IMG/VR virus record: IMGVR_UViG_3300014501_000012
Coordinates: 1 to 64,000 of that record
DNA: 64,000 nt
DNA from: a virus
Reading direction: 5' to 3' (one strand)
Each line of letters opens with the position of its first letter. Position 1 is the first letter of the stretch. The notes below the pieces were generated by a model, which saw only the letters and a list, made by a program, of their open reading frames with translations, did not search any database and had not been told where the DNA came from. The position numbers and the translations under genes were made by a program. Shown here piece after piece: positions 1-8,325 of the stretch.

Positions 1-1
1 G

Positions 2-154
2 CTATTCGACCGCTTCCGGTAAGGGGTCCTCCATGACGCAGACCATCCAGGCCCTAGCCAACTCGGGATCGTCCCTGGGCAGGTCCTCGTTACTGACCAT
101 CTCGGCCGCCCATTTCTGCTCAGCCTTGGTGGCTCGCTGCGTGACAAGGCCCAT
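2..154 (-). CDS. Small hypothetical protein (50 aa, leaderless)
   Basis: MGLVTQRATKAEQKW...; TAATAT -10 box 8 nt before the ATG; below the ORF-track cutoff. Confidence 0.5.
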   Translation of the reverse strand: MGLVTQRATKAEQKWAAEMVSNEDLPRDDPELARAWMVCVMEDPLPEAVE

Positions 155-194
155 GCGGGGTCATATTAGCCAGGCCCGGATTGAAACTGACCCA

Positions 195-497
195 CTACCC
201 GAGCGTCGCCCGGCGTGACCCGTCGTCTGACGCTTCGAAGGAGGCGCCGCCGTCGTTCGTGACGATCCGTCCACCGAGCCCTTCCCACGTGGCCGGCTGG
301 ACGACGTACCCGAGCGCCGCCTCCCGGGCAACCGCCCGCTCCGCCCAGAGCCGGTCGAAAGCCTGCGCTCGCTCGATGGCCAGTTCCCGCGCCTCGTCGG
401 CCGTGATGTTCGGGCCCCAGTTCGACCCCGGGGTGATCCCGAGCCACCAGCCCTCGGGGTCCTGGCGGTCGTCGAGCAGCCCGCCGTAGGTGGTCAC
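195..497 (-). CDS. Hypothetical protein
   Basis: GTGA overlap with the stop of the 494-787 gene; GC3-rich codons. Confidence 0.55.
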   Translation of the reverse strand: MTTYGGLLDDRQDPEGWWLGITPGSNWGPNITADEARELAIERAQAFDRLWAERAVAREAALGYVVQPATWEGLGGRIVTNDGGASFEASDDGSRRATLG

Positions 498-787
498 CCC
501 GCTCTCCTCGTCGACGTCGACGAAGAACGCCAGCTGCCCCGGATGCCGGCGGGGCGGAGTTCCGGGAGTCGGGGCTCCTCCCAGGAGGTCAACCGGCGGT
601 TCTTCCACCCGCTCGGCCTCCGCTTGGGCTTGGGCTCTCCGCACTCGTGGTCCGGGAGCTTCGCCGTGACGGTGACGATCAGCGCCCCGTCGGGATCGAG
701 CGTCCCCGAGCCGTGGGCCTCGATCGGGACCGTGACGTCCTCGAGGCAGGCGGGGCACTTGGCGGTGACACTGGCGACGATCGCCAT
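494..787 (-). CDS. Hypothetical Zn-binding protein (CPAC...HEC)
   Basis: GAGGAGG SD and a TAGGGT promoter upstream. Confidence 0.6.
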   Translation of the reverse strand: MAIVASVTAKCPACLEDVTVPIEAHGSGTLDPDGALIVTVTAKLPDHECGEPKPKRRPSGWKNRRLTSWEEPRLPELRPAGIRGSWRSSSTSTRRAG

Positions 788-811
788 CGGGTCCTCCTCG
801 GGCTTGGGAAT

Positions 812-823
812 GGGTAGACCCTA
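812..823 (-). promoter_or_regulatory. -10 TAGGGT overlapped by operator A (GGGT-NN-ACCC)
   Basis: GGGTAGACCC at 812-821; same motif at four other promoters. Confidence 0.65.
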
Positions 824-859
824 CCGCGACAGACGGTCGTGACTATGGTGGAGCCCGAA

Positions 860-1504
860 ATGAGCGACCGCGACACGGCAGGCATGGAAACCGCGACGCC
901 AATTGAGACCGCGCCGCTGACCCCCTGGCAGGAGAACCGCCGGGCCACCGAGAAGCGCCGGAAGGCCGAGGCGATCGCTCGCAGACAGAAGCGCGAAGAG
1001 GACCAGCGCCTCGTGCTCTCGGCCATGGCGGCGACCGGCGGCGCGTCGGTCCGGGAGATCGGCCGCCAGCTCGGGTGGTCGAAGGACAAGGTCTGGCGTA
1101 CCTACAACGCCGCTCTCCGCGAGCAGAAAGAGGAGGTCATCGGAGCATTCCGCGATCGCCAGCTCGATCGGCTCGACCACCTCATCCGCCGGAACTGGCG
1201 CATCGCCCACGGTACTGACGAGTCGATGGCCGTGCGGGCCAGCTATGTCATCGCCCGTCTGATCTCCGAGCAGAACAAGCTCCGGGGCGCCTACCCGCCG
1301 GTCGAGCTCGACATCGGCGTCGGCGCCGGCCAGGGTGCTCGCACAGTCTCGTTCGCCTCGGTCGCGGCGAAGCTCTCGGAGGCCCGGGAGCGGTTCGAGG
1401 CCCAGAAGCGGGACGGCGTGATCGACGTCGCCTCGGAGGTGGTCGACCAGCCGGCGCTCACGAACGGGAACACGAACGGGAGCGTGCCGAGCCCAGAGGC
1501 GTAG
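860..1504 (+). CDS. Probable terminase small subunit (HTH)
   Basis: HTH GASVREIGRQLGWSKDKV followed by RQLDRLD...KLRG, typical of actinophage TerS; start could also be 839 or 845. Confidence 0.6.
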   Translation: MSDRDTAGMETATPIETAPLTPWQENRRATEKRRKAEAIARRQKREEDQRLVLSAMAATGGASVREIGRQLGWSKDKVWRTYNAALREQKEEVIGAFRDRQLDRLDHLIRRNWRIAHGTDESMAVRASYVIARLISEQNKLRGAYPPVELDIGVGAGQGARTVSFASVAAKLSEARERFEAQKRDGVIDVASEVVDQPALTNGNTNGSVPSPEA

Positions 1505-1529
1505 GTACAGCACGTGCTAGTGTAGGTAC

Positions 1530-1796
1530 ATGAACAAACCCACGGTCCTGACCGAAGCGGAGAAGATCATCAACGGGCCGCGCCGAGACGCGTACGGCGA
1601 TGCCGTGGAGTCCTTCGATGCGATCGCCGTCGGCTGGGCGGTCATCCTCGGCGCTGGGGTCACTGGCACCCAGGTCGCTCTTTGCATGGACTGGCTCAAG
1701 ACCTGTCGATTCTTGTCCGCCAAGGACCGGGACTCCCTGGTGGACAAGGGCGGCTACACGGCCCTCGCGGCGAGGCTGGCCGGGATCGACCCCTGA
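1530..1796 (+). CDS. DUF6378-like protein (putative nucleotide pyrophosphohydrolase fold)
   Basis: LTEAEKIINGPRRDAYG...SF..IA..W...VALCM..LK..R...DSLVDKGGY pattern; leaderless TAGTGT promoter. Confidence 0.75.
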   Translation: MNKPTVLTEAEKIINGPRRDAYGDAVESFDAIAVGWAVILGAGVTGTQVALCMDWLKTCRFLSAKDRDSLVDKGGYTALAARLAGIDP

Positions 1797-2092
1797 TGGC
1801 CAACACCAGACTTCGCAACGTCCGGGTCGACGATGAGACCTGGGACCGGGCGAAGGCGTACGCCAAAAGCCGCGGGGTCCCGCTGTCCTCGATGATCGTC
1901 GACTTCCTCCGGTCGATCGACGGGGCGACCCGAATCGACGTTCCACGTGGAACATTGGCGGCACCGCCAGAGTCAACAATGGCGAAGAGTGGCGAGCCCG
2001 CCAAAGTCCCGGCACCCAGATTCAGCGATCGCGCCCGACCGGCCAAAGGTCCAAGCGACTTCAAGCCTCAGCCGAAGCCGGGGAAAGGGTAG
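1796..2092 (+). CDS. Ribbon-helix-helix DNA-binding protein
   Basis: RNVRVDDETWDRAKAYAKSRGVPLSSMIVDFL; TGATG coupling. Confidence 0.75.
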   Translation: MANTRLRNVRVDDETWDRAKAYAKSRGVPLSSMIVDFLRSIDGATRIDVPRGTLAAPPESTMAKSGEPAKVPAPRFSDRARPAKGPSDFKPQPKPGKG

Positions 2093-2139
2093 ACCCGAGA
2101 GACGCCGGCGCGGTAGGGTAGACCCGTTTCCCAAGGAGG
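2087..2139 (+). promoter_or_regulatory. rtcB promoter with two operator-A copies and a CCCAAGGAGG SD
   Basis: GGGTAGACCC at 2087-2096 and 2116-2125; TAGGGT at 2114-2119; SD at 2130-2139. Confidence 0.65.
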
Positions 2140-2145
2140 TCCCCA

Positions 2146-3333
2146 GTGCCGAAACACATCGACAACGTGCTCTCATGGGCGTCCGATGTCGAGGACGCCA
2201 CGATCGAGCAGGCGGCCAAGGCCAGCCGACTCCCGTTCGTCCGCGGGCACCTGGCCCTCATGCCCGATGCCCATGTCGGGATCGGGGCGACGGTGGGCTC
2301 CGTAATCCCGACCGAGGGAGCGATCATCCCTGCCGCCGTTGGAGTGGACATCGGGTGCGGCATGATCGCAGCCGACGTGGGACTCACCGCCGAGCGGTTG
2401 CCGGACGACCTCGGTCCGCTGCTGTCAGCGATCGAGGAGTCGATCCCGGCCGGAGTCGGGAAGGGTCGGGACAAGGACATCCCGGGCTCTGGGCGAGTGT
2501 TCATGCCGCGGGCGCTGACTGAGGCGGTTGCCTTCAAGTACATGGGCGACCGCCATCGGGCCATCGCCGCGAACCAGCTCGGAACGCTTGGGTCGGGGAA
2601 CCACTTCGTCGAGGTCTGTCTCGACGAGCGCGGCCTGGTCTGGGTCGTTCTGCACTCGGGCAGTCGGGGCGTCGGAAATAAGCTCGCTCAGCACCACATC
2701 CAAATCGCTCGGGGTCTGATGAAGGACTACTTCATCGAACTCGAGGACCCGGACCTGGCCTACCTCGTCCAGGGCAAGCCGGAGTTCGACGCCTACATCG
2801 CCGATATGAACTGGGCTCAGGACTACGCGCTGGAGAACCGCGAGGCCATGATGCGGTTCGCCCTCAGCGCGTTGGCCGATGCTTGCGAGATGACCGACGA
2901 GGAGCGCGAGGGGCCGGTCGACACCGTGAACTGCCACCACAACTTTACTCGCCGCGAGCACCAGGTCGGTCGCAACATGTGGATCACGCGCAAGGGGGCG
3001 ATCGGGGCGCGGGCCGGGCAACGGGGTGTGATCCCGGGGTCGATGGGCACCTCCAGTTACATCGTCCACGGCCTGGGCAACCCAACGTCGTACTACTCAT
3101 GTTCGCACGGGGCCGGGCGGCGGATGTCCCGGAGCAGGGCGCGCAAGGAGCTGACGGTCGACTCGCTGCGTGAGCAGATGGGCGACCGGACCTGGAACGC
3201 CGACAAGGCCGAGGCCCTGCTCGACGAGCACCCAGACTCGTACAAGTCGATCGATCAGGTCATGGCCGACCAAGCTGACCTCGTGGCGATCGACCATACG
3301 CTGCACCAGGTTCTGAATTACAAGGGGGCATGA
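2146..3333 (+). CDS. rtcB: RtcB-family RNA ligase
   Basis: MPDAH.G.G, VGVDIGCG, GTLGSGNHFVE, LHSGSRG, HHN, RKGA, PGSMG, SHGAGR and DEHPDSYK motifs. Confidence 0.95.
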   Translation: MPKHIDNVLSWASDVEDATIEQAAKASRLPFVRGHLALMPDAHVGIGATVGSVIPTEGAIIPAAVGVDIGCGMIAADVGLTAERLPDDLGPLLSAIEESIPAGVGKGRDKDIPGSGRVFMPRALTEAVAFKYMGDRHRAIAANQLGTLGSGNHFVEVCLDERGLVWVVLHSGSRGVGNKLAQHHIQIARGLMKDYFIELEDPDLAYLVQGKPEFDAYIADMNWAQDYALENREAMMRFALSALADACEMTDEEREGPVDTVNCHHNFTRREHQVGRNMWITRKGAIGARAGQRGVIPGSMGTSSYIVHGLGNPTSYYSCSHGAGRRMSRSRARKELTVDSLREQMGDRTWNADKAEALLDEHPDSYKSIDQVMADQADLVAIDHTLHQVLNYKGA

Positions 3334-3518
3334 TGGGCCTACTCGACCAGCTCCGCTCTCTGGCGTTGGAGTCCGAGCACGCCCTGACGGTGATGGCGGC
3401 GCTCGCCGGGAACCTCGACCATCTGGGGTGCTGTCGTTACCCTGGGGATCTGCTCGATCCTTACCGGTTCGCATTCATGCACGACCAGGCCGTCGAGATG
3501 ATCGGGTGGGGGTCGTGA
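3330..3518 (+). CDS. Hypothetical protein
   Basis: Coupled to rtcB and to the next gene. Confidence 0.5.
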   Translation: MMGLLDQLRSLALESEHALTVMAALAGNLDHLGCCRYPGDLLDPYRFAFMHDQAVEMIGWGS

Positions 3519-3721
3519 CCGACCGCATGGTCACGGTCTCGGGCAAGGTCCCGCTCGCCGTCCGCAAAGAGATCGAGGACGAGGCGACCGCGGCCGGGCA
3601 GCGATCGAGCGAGTGGGTGCGCGGCGCGATCATGGAGAAGCTCGCTCGGCGAGACCGCCAGAAAGCGGCGACCGACGCTGCGAAGGGGACGGGCGTGGGG
3701 AACAGCCCAGCGGCGTTCTGA
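3515..3721 (+). CDS. Ribbon-helix-helix DNA-binding protein
   Basis: VTVSGKVPLAVRKEIEDEATAAGQRSSEWVRGAI; GTGA overlap. Confidence 0.7.
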   Translation: MTDRMVTVSGKVPLAVRKEIEDEATAAGQRSSEWVRGAIMEKLARRDRQKAATDAAKGTGVGNSPAAF

Positions 3722-3722
3722 C

Positions 3723-3947
3723 ATGGCGGATATTTCCCCAGGCGTCGTCGTGTCTTGTTGCCCGTGGTGTGGGAGCCACCCCGACACGGTGGAGGTCAAG
3801 CCGATCCTCTATGACGTGGTCGCTGGGCCCGATCGTTGCCTACCCGCCGCCCGATGCACAGGATCACCGTCGAGCCATGTGGCCACCCGATCAGTGGATA
3901 CGAGTACGGCGGGTGGACCTGTCCCGGAGCGGACACCGTGCTGGTGA
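3723..3947 (+). CDS. Hypothetical Cys-rich protein
   Basis: CPWC motif; tight packing with neighbours. Confidence 0.45.
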   Translation: MADISPGVVVSCCPWCGSHPDTVEVKPILYDVVAGPDRCLPAARCTGSPSSHVATRSVDTSTAGGPVPERTPCW

Positions 3948-3957
3948 TGGTGAGACC

Positions 3958-4203
3958 GTGACCGAAGGCCCGGTCGCCCGCCCCGTCATCCACGCCGCGC
4001 ACTCGGGTGACCGGGCGTACCTGGCCCGGAGCCTGGAGACGGGCGAGGAGGCGATCATCGTCACTCGACTGGCGATCATCCCGCCCGCTGCCCAATGGGC
4101 CAATGGCCGAGGCGACCCCGCTGCAGCTGGGCGGCACAGCGTCCCGCACACGGCGCGGCCGACAGAAGATCCGTTCCGGAAGAAAAGGAAGGTCCAACGG
4201 TGA
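3958..4203 (+). CDS. Hypothetical protein
   Basis: Fills a gap in a coupled operon; start uncertain. Confidence 0.4.
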   Translation: MTEGPVARPVIHAAHSGDRAYLARSLETGEEAIIVTRLAIIPPAAQWANGRGDPAAAGRHSVPHTARPTEDPFRKKRKVQR

Positions 4204-4367
4204 CCACCGACTACGCGCCCACGTGCAAGGCACCGCGCGGCAAGGGTCCGCGAACGAAGCGCCAGGCGTACAAGGAGCGGCGGCGCGTCGCCCACGAGAT
4301 CCGCTCGGAGAAGCGCCGCGAGCAGGCGCGTGAGGACGACCGGGCGTTGAAGGCGAGGGTGGGGTGA
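4200..4367 (+). CDS. Small basic hypothetical protein
   Basis: GTGA overlaps at both ends. Confidence 0.5.
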   Translation: MTTDYAPTCKAPRGKGPRTKRQAYKERRRVAHEIRSEKRREQAREDDRALKARVG

Positions 4368-4612
4368 CCCTCCACGATTTGGGGATAGCGATTGGGGCCA
4401 CCCTCATCCTGGTCGGGTGGGTCGGCTTCGGATTCCTGATCGGTCAGGCCATGGTTCGTCGGCTGCGAGCCGACAACGAGCAGACGATCAAGCCCTGGAG
4501 CCCGGCCCAACTCGGAGTCGTCCTGGTCTGCTGCATCGTGTTTGCCCCGGTGGTGATCCTGGTGGTCGTGGTCATGGCGGTCCTGTCGATGATCGGTACG
4601 GCGGTGAAGTGA
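4364..4612 (+). CDS. Two-TM membrane protein
   Basis: Two hydrophobic stretches; GTGA overlaps. Confidence 0.6.
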   Translation: MTLHDLGIAIGATLILVGWVGFGFLIGQAMVRRLRADNEQTIKPWSPAQLGVVLVCCIVFAPVVILVVVVMAVLSMIGTAVK

Positions 4613-4682
4613 TCGACGTCTTCGTCGTCCCGCTGATCGTCTCCTGGCTGGCGCTCACGGTCGTCTTCGGCGGGAAGGCCCA

Positions 4683-5414
4683 GTGACCAAAGCGCAGTTC
4701 GGCCAACGTCTGCGGATCGCTCGCACCGACGTCAGGTACTACTCGAAGCATCGTCGGTGGATGGCGATGGCCCGGTCGGTCGCCCTGGTCCTGTTCTGCG
4801 GGTGGATCTCCGAGACCTGCCAGGAGTGCGGACGACGCCATCACCTGCTCTGGCACTCGCCCCAGCCGTTGTGGGACGAGCTGATCGGGCGACCGGGCGG
4901 GATCCTCTGCCCGCGGTGCTTCGACGCCAAGGCCAGAGCAACCGGCATCTGGACGCTCTGGACGCCGATGGTCGTGAGGCGCCAGGGCGTGGCGACCACG
5001 AACTGGTGGCACGACCCGGTTCGCGACCGCCTGCTCATGGGCGAGCCCGATCCGCACTACTTCGACGAGGAGAAATCGAACGACCCCCAGGGTCACTGGG
5101 GTGACATCGCCTTCGTCCTCGGATGGGATCTCGCGTCGTACTATCCGGACTCGAACCGATCGAAAGCCCTGCCACCGAAGCCCGGCGTCGTCGAACTGGC
5201 GGTGACCTACCTTGAGGCCCGAGCGGCGGCTGACGAGTGCAGGTGCGACCAGGAGCTCGGGCTCTGCCACCACATGATCGAGGCGAACCACGCGAGCGCC
5301 GACTGGCACTCCTACGTCGACGCGCTGGGTGGCGACAGCGGCGAGCACGACGTGGCCCTGGCCGTGGCCGCGCTCGGTCGGAGATCCATGGCCTCACCCC
5401 CGCTACAGGGGTAG
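4683..5414 (+). CDS. Hypothetical Zn-binding protein
   Basis: CQECG...W...GGILCPRCF motif. Confidence 0.6.
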   Translation: MTKAQFGQRLRIARTDVRYYSKHRRWMAMARSVALVLFCGWISETCQECGRRHHLLWHSPQPLWDELIGRPGGILCPRCFDAKARATGIWTLWTPMVVRRQGVATTNWWHDPVRDRLLMGEPDPHYFDEEKSNDPQGHWGDIAFVLGWDLASYYPDSNRSKALPPKPGVVELAVTYLEARAAADECRCDQELGLCHHMIEANHASADWHSYVDALGGDSGEHDVALAVAALGRRSMASPPLQG

Positions 5415-5444
5415 GGTCTACCCGTAGAAACTCCCCCAAGGAGG
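5401..5444 (+). promoter_or_regulatory. Promoter with operator C (CGCTACAGGGGTAG), operator A and a CCCAAGGAGG SD
   Basis: TAGGGT at 5412-5417; GGGTCTACCC at 5414-5423; SD at 5435-5444. Confidence 0.6.
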
Positions 5445-5452
5445 GATGCCGA

Positions 5453-6148
5453 ATGATCGTGGGCAGTCTCGTCTACGCAGTGGTGGTCGTGGTGGTCGTG
5501 TTCGCCACCGCCATCGTCGCTATGCGTCACGAGAACAGTCGGAACCAGCGCCTCGCCGACGCGGTGGGCGCTCCGGACAGGTCCCGCCGGCTTGCTCTCC
5601 TCAAAGAGGTCAACCGCCCGATCGAGGAGGTCGTGGCCAAGGCCGAGCGCCGGGCGATCACGCAATGGAACGAGGAGCACGACAGCGACCAGCAGGTCGA
5701 ACTTCCGGGCGTGGCCGTGCCAGTCCTCCCGCCGGGGGTGTCGGCAATGTGGGCCGACGGCAGCACGACTCCTCTTCTGACCGAACTGACCCCGTGGGAT
5801 CAGCACTACGGCGTTGCCGGGGCTTGCGGGGACAAGGCGATCACCGAGAAGGGGCCGGGCCACGTCCACACCACCCGGGGCGGCGTGTCCTACCGCTGCT
5901 GGTACGGTTCCCTGGGCCCGGCTCCACCGCGGGGCGACTCGATCAGCTCCCCGCCCGTCACGGAACGGCCAGCTCCACCCAGGCCATCCGAGGCCCAGCG
6001 GCTTGCCGACGCGCGGGAACGCAAAGTGAAGGCCGACGAGTCTCGTCGGCGCGCCGAACGTCGAGCAGGCATGGTGCGAGGTCGAGGTCCGGCACCGACG
6101 GTCCCACCAGCGCCGGCTCCGCCACCGCCCGAGGTGACGTTCCGGTGA
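5453..6148 (+). CDS. Membrane-anchored hypothetical protein
   Basis: N-terminal TM segment; strong SD; Pro-rich tail. Confidence 0.6.
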   Translation: MIVGSLVYAVVVVVVVFATAIVAMRHENSRNQRLADAVGAPDRSRRLALLKEVNRPIEEVVAKAERRAITQWNEEHDSDQQVELPGVAVPVLPPGVSAMWADGSTTPLLTELTPWDQHYGVAGACGDKAITEKGPGHVHTTRGGVSYRCWYGSLGPAPPRGDSISSPPVTERPAPPRPSEAQRLADARERKVKADESRRRAERRAGMVRGRGPAPTVPPAPAPPPPEVTFR

Positions 6149-6840
6149 GCCCGGCCCTGAGCGTGCAAGCAAGGATGAACCAGGCGGCGCGCCAGCGTGC
6201 CCGGTCCCGCGCCCGACGTCGGGTCGCCACCCTGCACCGGACCGAGTTCCATGTCCTCCTCGACGAGGTCCCGCGCCCGGTGAAGTCCGGGGACATCGCC
6301 CGGTGTATGCGCGAGATCTGTCGAAGCCACCCGGAGGACTTCGCTCGGGCCCAGAAGGTGGAGCGGGCGAAGGAGATGATGCCCCCGGCGCGTCAGACGA
6401 CGTGCGGCACGCTCGCCGGGCGGAGGAAGCACTACCGACACCACGAGCCGGTTTGCGAGTTGTGCCAGCGAGCGTGGCTGGCGACGCTTCCCTGGCGCAC
6501 GTGCAAAACGTGTGACCGGCCCTATCAGAGCGAGCGCCGCGTTTATTGCTCGACCGACTGCCAACAGCTCTACATGTACCTTCGCTACTTCGAGGCTCCC
6601 TGGCGGACCTGGGTCAACCGGGCGCGCTACGTGCTCAAATACCCAAAGCGGGCGAAGCCATGGGAGGTTGACCACGCCCGACGGGTGCTGGCGGAGTTCG
6701 AGGCGACGGGGAAGGTCGAGCGGCGACGCACGCTTCCACGAGGCGTCAAAGCGCCGGCCGCCGTAGCCTTGGCGAAGAAGATCGGGATCGACCTCGGTGA
6801 GGCGATCGAACGAGTGGAGGCGAAGGCGAATGTGGTGTGA
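6145..6840 (+). CDS. Zinc-finger protein
   Basis: CGT.AG...H....EPVCELC and CKTC...YCSTDC motifs. Confidence 0.65.
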   Translation: MSPALSVQARMNQAARQRARSRARRRVATLHRTEFHVLLDEVPRPVKSGDIARCMREICRSHPEDFARAQKVERAKEMMPPARQTTCGTLAGRRKHYRHHEPVCELCQRAWLATLPWRTCKTCDRPYQSERRVYCSTDCQQLYMYLRYFEAPWRTWVNRARYVLKYPKRAKPWEVDHARRVLAEFEATGKVERRRTLPRGVKAPAAVALAKKIGIDLGEAIERVEAKANVV

Positions 6841-7252
6841 CGACCCGACGTGCGAGCCGTGCGTCGAAGCGAAGTTCCTGCTGGCCGAGGAGCGATCCCG
6901 GCTCAAGTCCGGGGTGATCGTCGCGTCTGGTGGGATCGCTGCTCCCGTTGGCCCCTACGGCCTCCCATGGGGCCTCGCGGTCGCGGACGCCTACCCGTGG
7001 CGGTCGGTCCCGACGCCCCTGGGTCGCCCGTACCTCGATGCTCTCGGCGCCTTCCCGGCGTTCACAGCCAAGCGCGGTGGGATCACGTTCGTCCGGACGC
7101 CGCTGTTCACTGCCGACGGTGGCGCCCCGGTGAAGATCCACCGTCAGCGTCGACGCCCGCTGTCGAGGTGGTGGAACCGGCACTGGCCCTACGCTCGTAT
7201 CCGGGTTCTCCGGGCGGCGCTCGTGGCGTCGCGGGAACGAGAGGAGTGGTAG
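6830..7252 (+). CDS. Hypothetical protein
   Basis: GGAGG SD; overlaps the previous stop. Confidence 0.5.
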   Translation: MWCDDPTCEPCVEAKFLLAEERSRLKSGVIVASGGIAAPVGPYGLPWGLAVADAYPWRSVPTPLGRPYLDALGAFPAFTAKRGGITFVRTPLFTADGGAPVKIHRQRRRPLSRWWNRHWPYARIRVLRAALVASREREEW

Positions 7253-7674
7253 TGCATAGCTGGATTCTTCCGAGCGATGGCGACAGAGAAGTCCCGCACG
7301 TACTCGACCCGCCGGTTAACCGGTGGAACGTTGGGACCGAATCGGCTGATCTCCTGCGTGAACAGGCATATCTGATCGAACGAGGCGTCCGTCCCCTGGC
7401 GGCGACTGGCACCTGCGGAGACAGAACCCCCGATTCGGTCGTTCAAGAACTGCACGGCGGGGCGGCTGGTGCCCGGGTGATCCCCTTCGCCCTTCCGGGT
7501 GGCATCTGTGGCTACGCCTCCCACGCCTGGGTGGTTGATCTGGTCCGGTGGGCCGACTCAGGGCCAAGGGTCCAACGCGACCGTATCCTGGGCCTACTCC
7601 TGGGCTACAAGCCCGATGCCATCCGGCAGTTCGAGGAGTTGGGCAGTACCCTCGGTCCATTCGACCAGGAATGA
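7252..7674 (+). CDS. Hypothetical protein
   Basis: TAGTG overlap; ILGLLLGY motif; lower GC. Confidence 0.55.
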   Translation: MHSWILPSDGDREVPHVLDPPVNRWNVGTESADLLREQAYLIERGVRPLAATGTCGDRTPDSVVQELHGGAAGARVIPFALPGGICGYASHAWVVDLVRWADSGPRVQRDRILGLLLGYKPDAIRQFEELGSTLGPFDQE

Positions 7675-7728
7675 ACTGATGGACACCACTCCCCGAGCTA
7701 CCTGCTGGCGAGTAGTGTGGCGAGAGCG

Positions 7729-8223
7729 ATGGCAGATGGCACCGGGGACGACTTTCGGCTGGAGGTCCTGCGCTCAGTGCGCCGGATCCTGGCCGATGCC
7801 GAATCCGAGGTCTATCACCTCGTCCGGTGGCTGGAGCACAATCGCCCGAAGCCGACCCCAACCCGTGCAGTAGTCACCATCACAGGAGGAATCATGGGAG
7901 CACCCACAATCACCGTCGACACCACCGGCCTCACCGCCACCCTCGGGTTCGAGGACGACCACGGCGACGCGGCCGACGCGCCGGCCGGTTCGGCCGTGTC
8001 CTGGAGCGTCGACGACACCGCGGTCCTGACCGTGGCGCCCGACGCCACCAACCCGTTCGAGGCGGACCTGACGGTCGTCGCCGAAGGGACCGCCAACCTC
8101 TCGGCCACGCTCACCGGGGCGTTCGAGGCTGACGGGGTGACGCCGATCGCCAACCCCGCGGCCGTGGCGCTGAACGTCGGCGCTGGTCCTGCCGAGCAGG
8201 CCGTGGTCACGCTGGCCGACTGA
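7729..8223 (+). CDS. Ig-like (Big_2-type) domain protein; second in-frame start at 7894
   Basis: VSWSVDDTAVLTV...GTANLSAT Ig motif; AGGAGG SD before ATG 7894. Confidence 0.65.
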   Translation: MADGTGDDFRLEVLRSVRRILADAESEVYHLVRWLEHNRPKPTPTRAVVTITGGIMGAPTITVDTTGLTATLGFEDDHGDAADAPAGSAVSWSVDDTAVLTVAPDATNPFEADLTVVAEGTANLSATLTGAFEADGVTPIANPAAVALNVGAGPAEQAVVTLAD

Positions 8224-8256
8224 GGACACCATGAAGGCGTGCCCGTCACGCCATTG

Positions 8257-8307
8257 GGATGCGGAGAGGGGCGGCTTGGCTGACGGTCAGGCCGTCTCTC
8301 CGCGTCC
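8257..8307 (+). terminator. Long GC-rich hairpin (probable terminator)
   Basis: ~23-bp stem with G-U pairs: GGATGCGGAGAG...CTCTCCGCGTCC. Confidence 0.5.
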
Positions 8308-8325
8308 GGGGGTAGCCTCCACCCG

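Noticed and set aside
7682-7718. GACAC 26 nt before TAGTGT as a WhiA/WhiB-type site
   Set aside because: 5-bp motif; not consistently present at other late promoters
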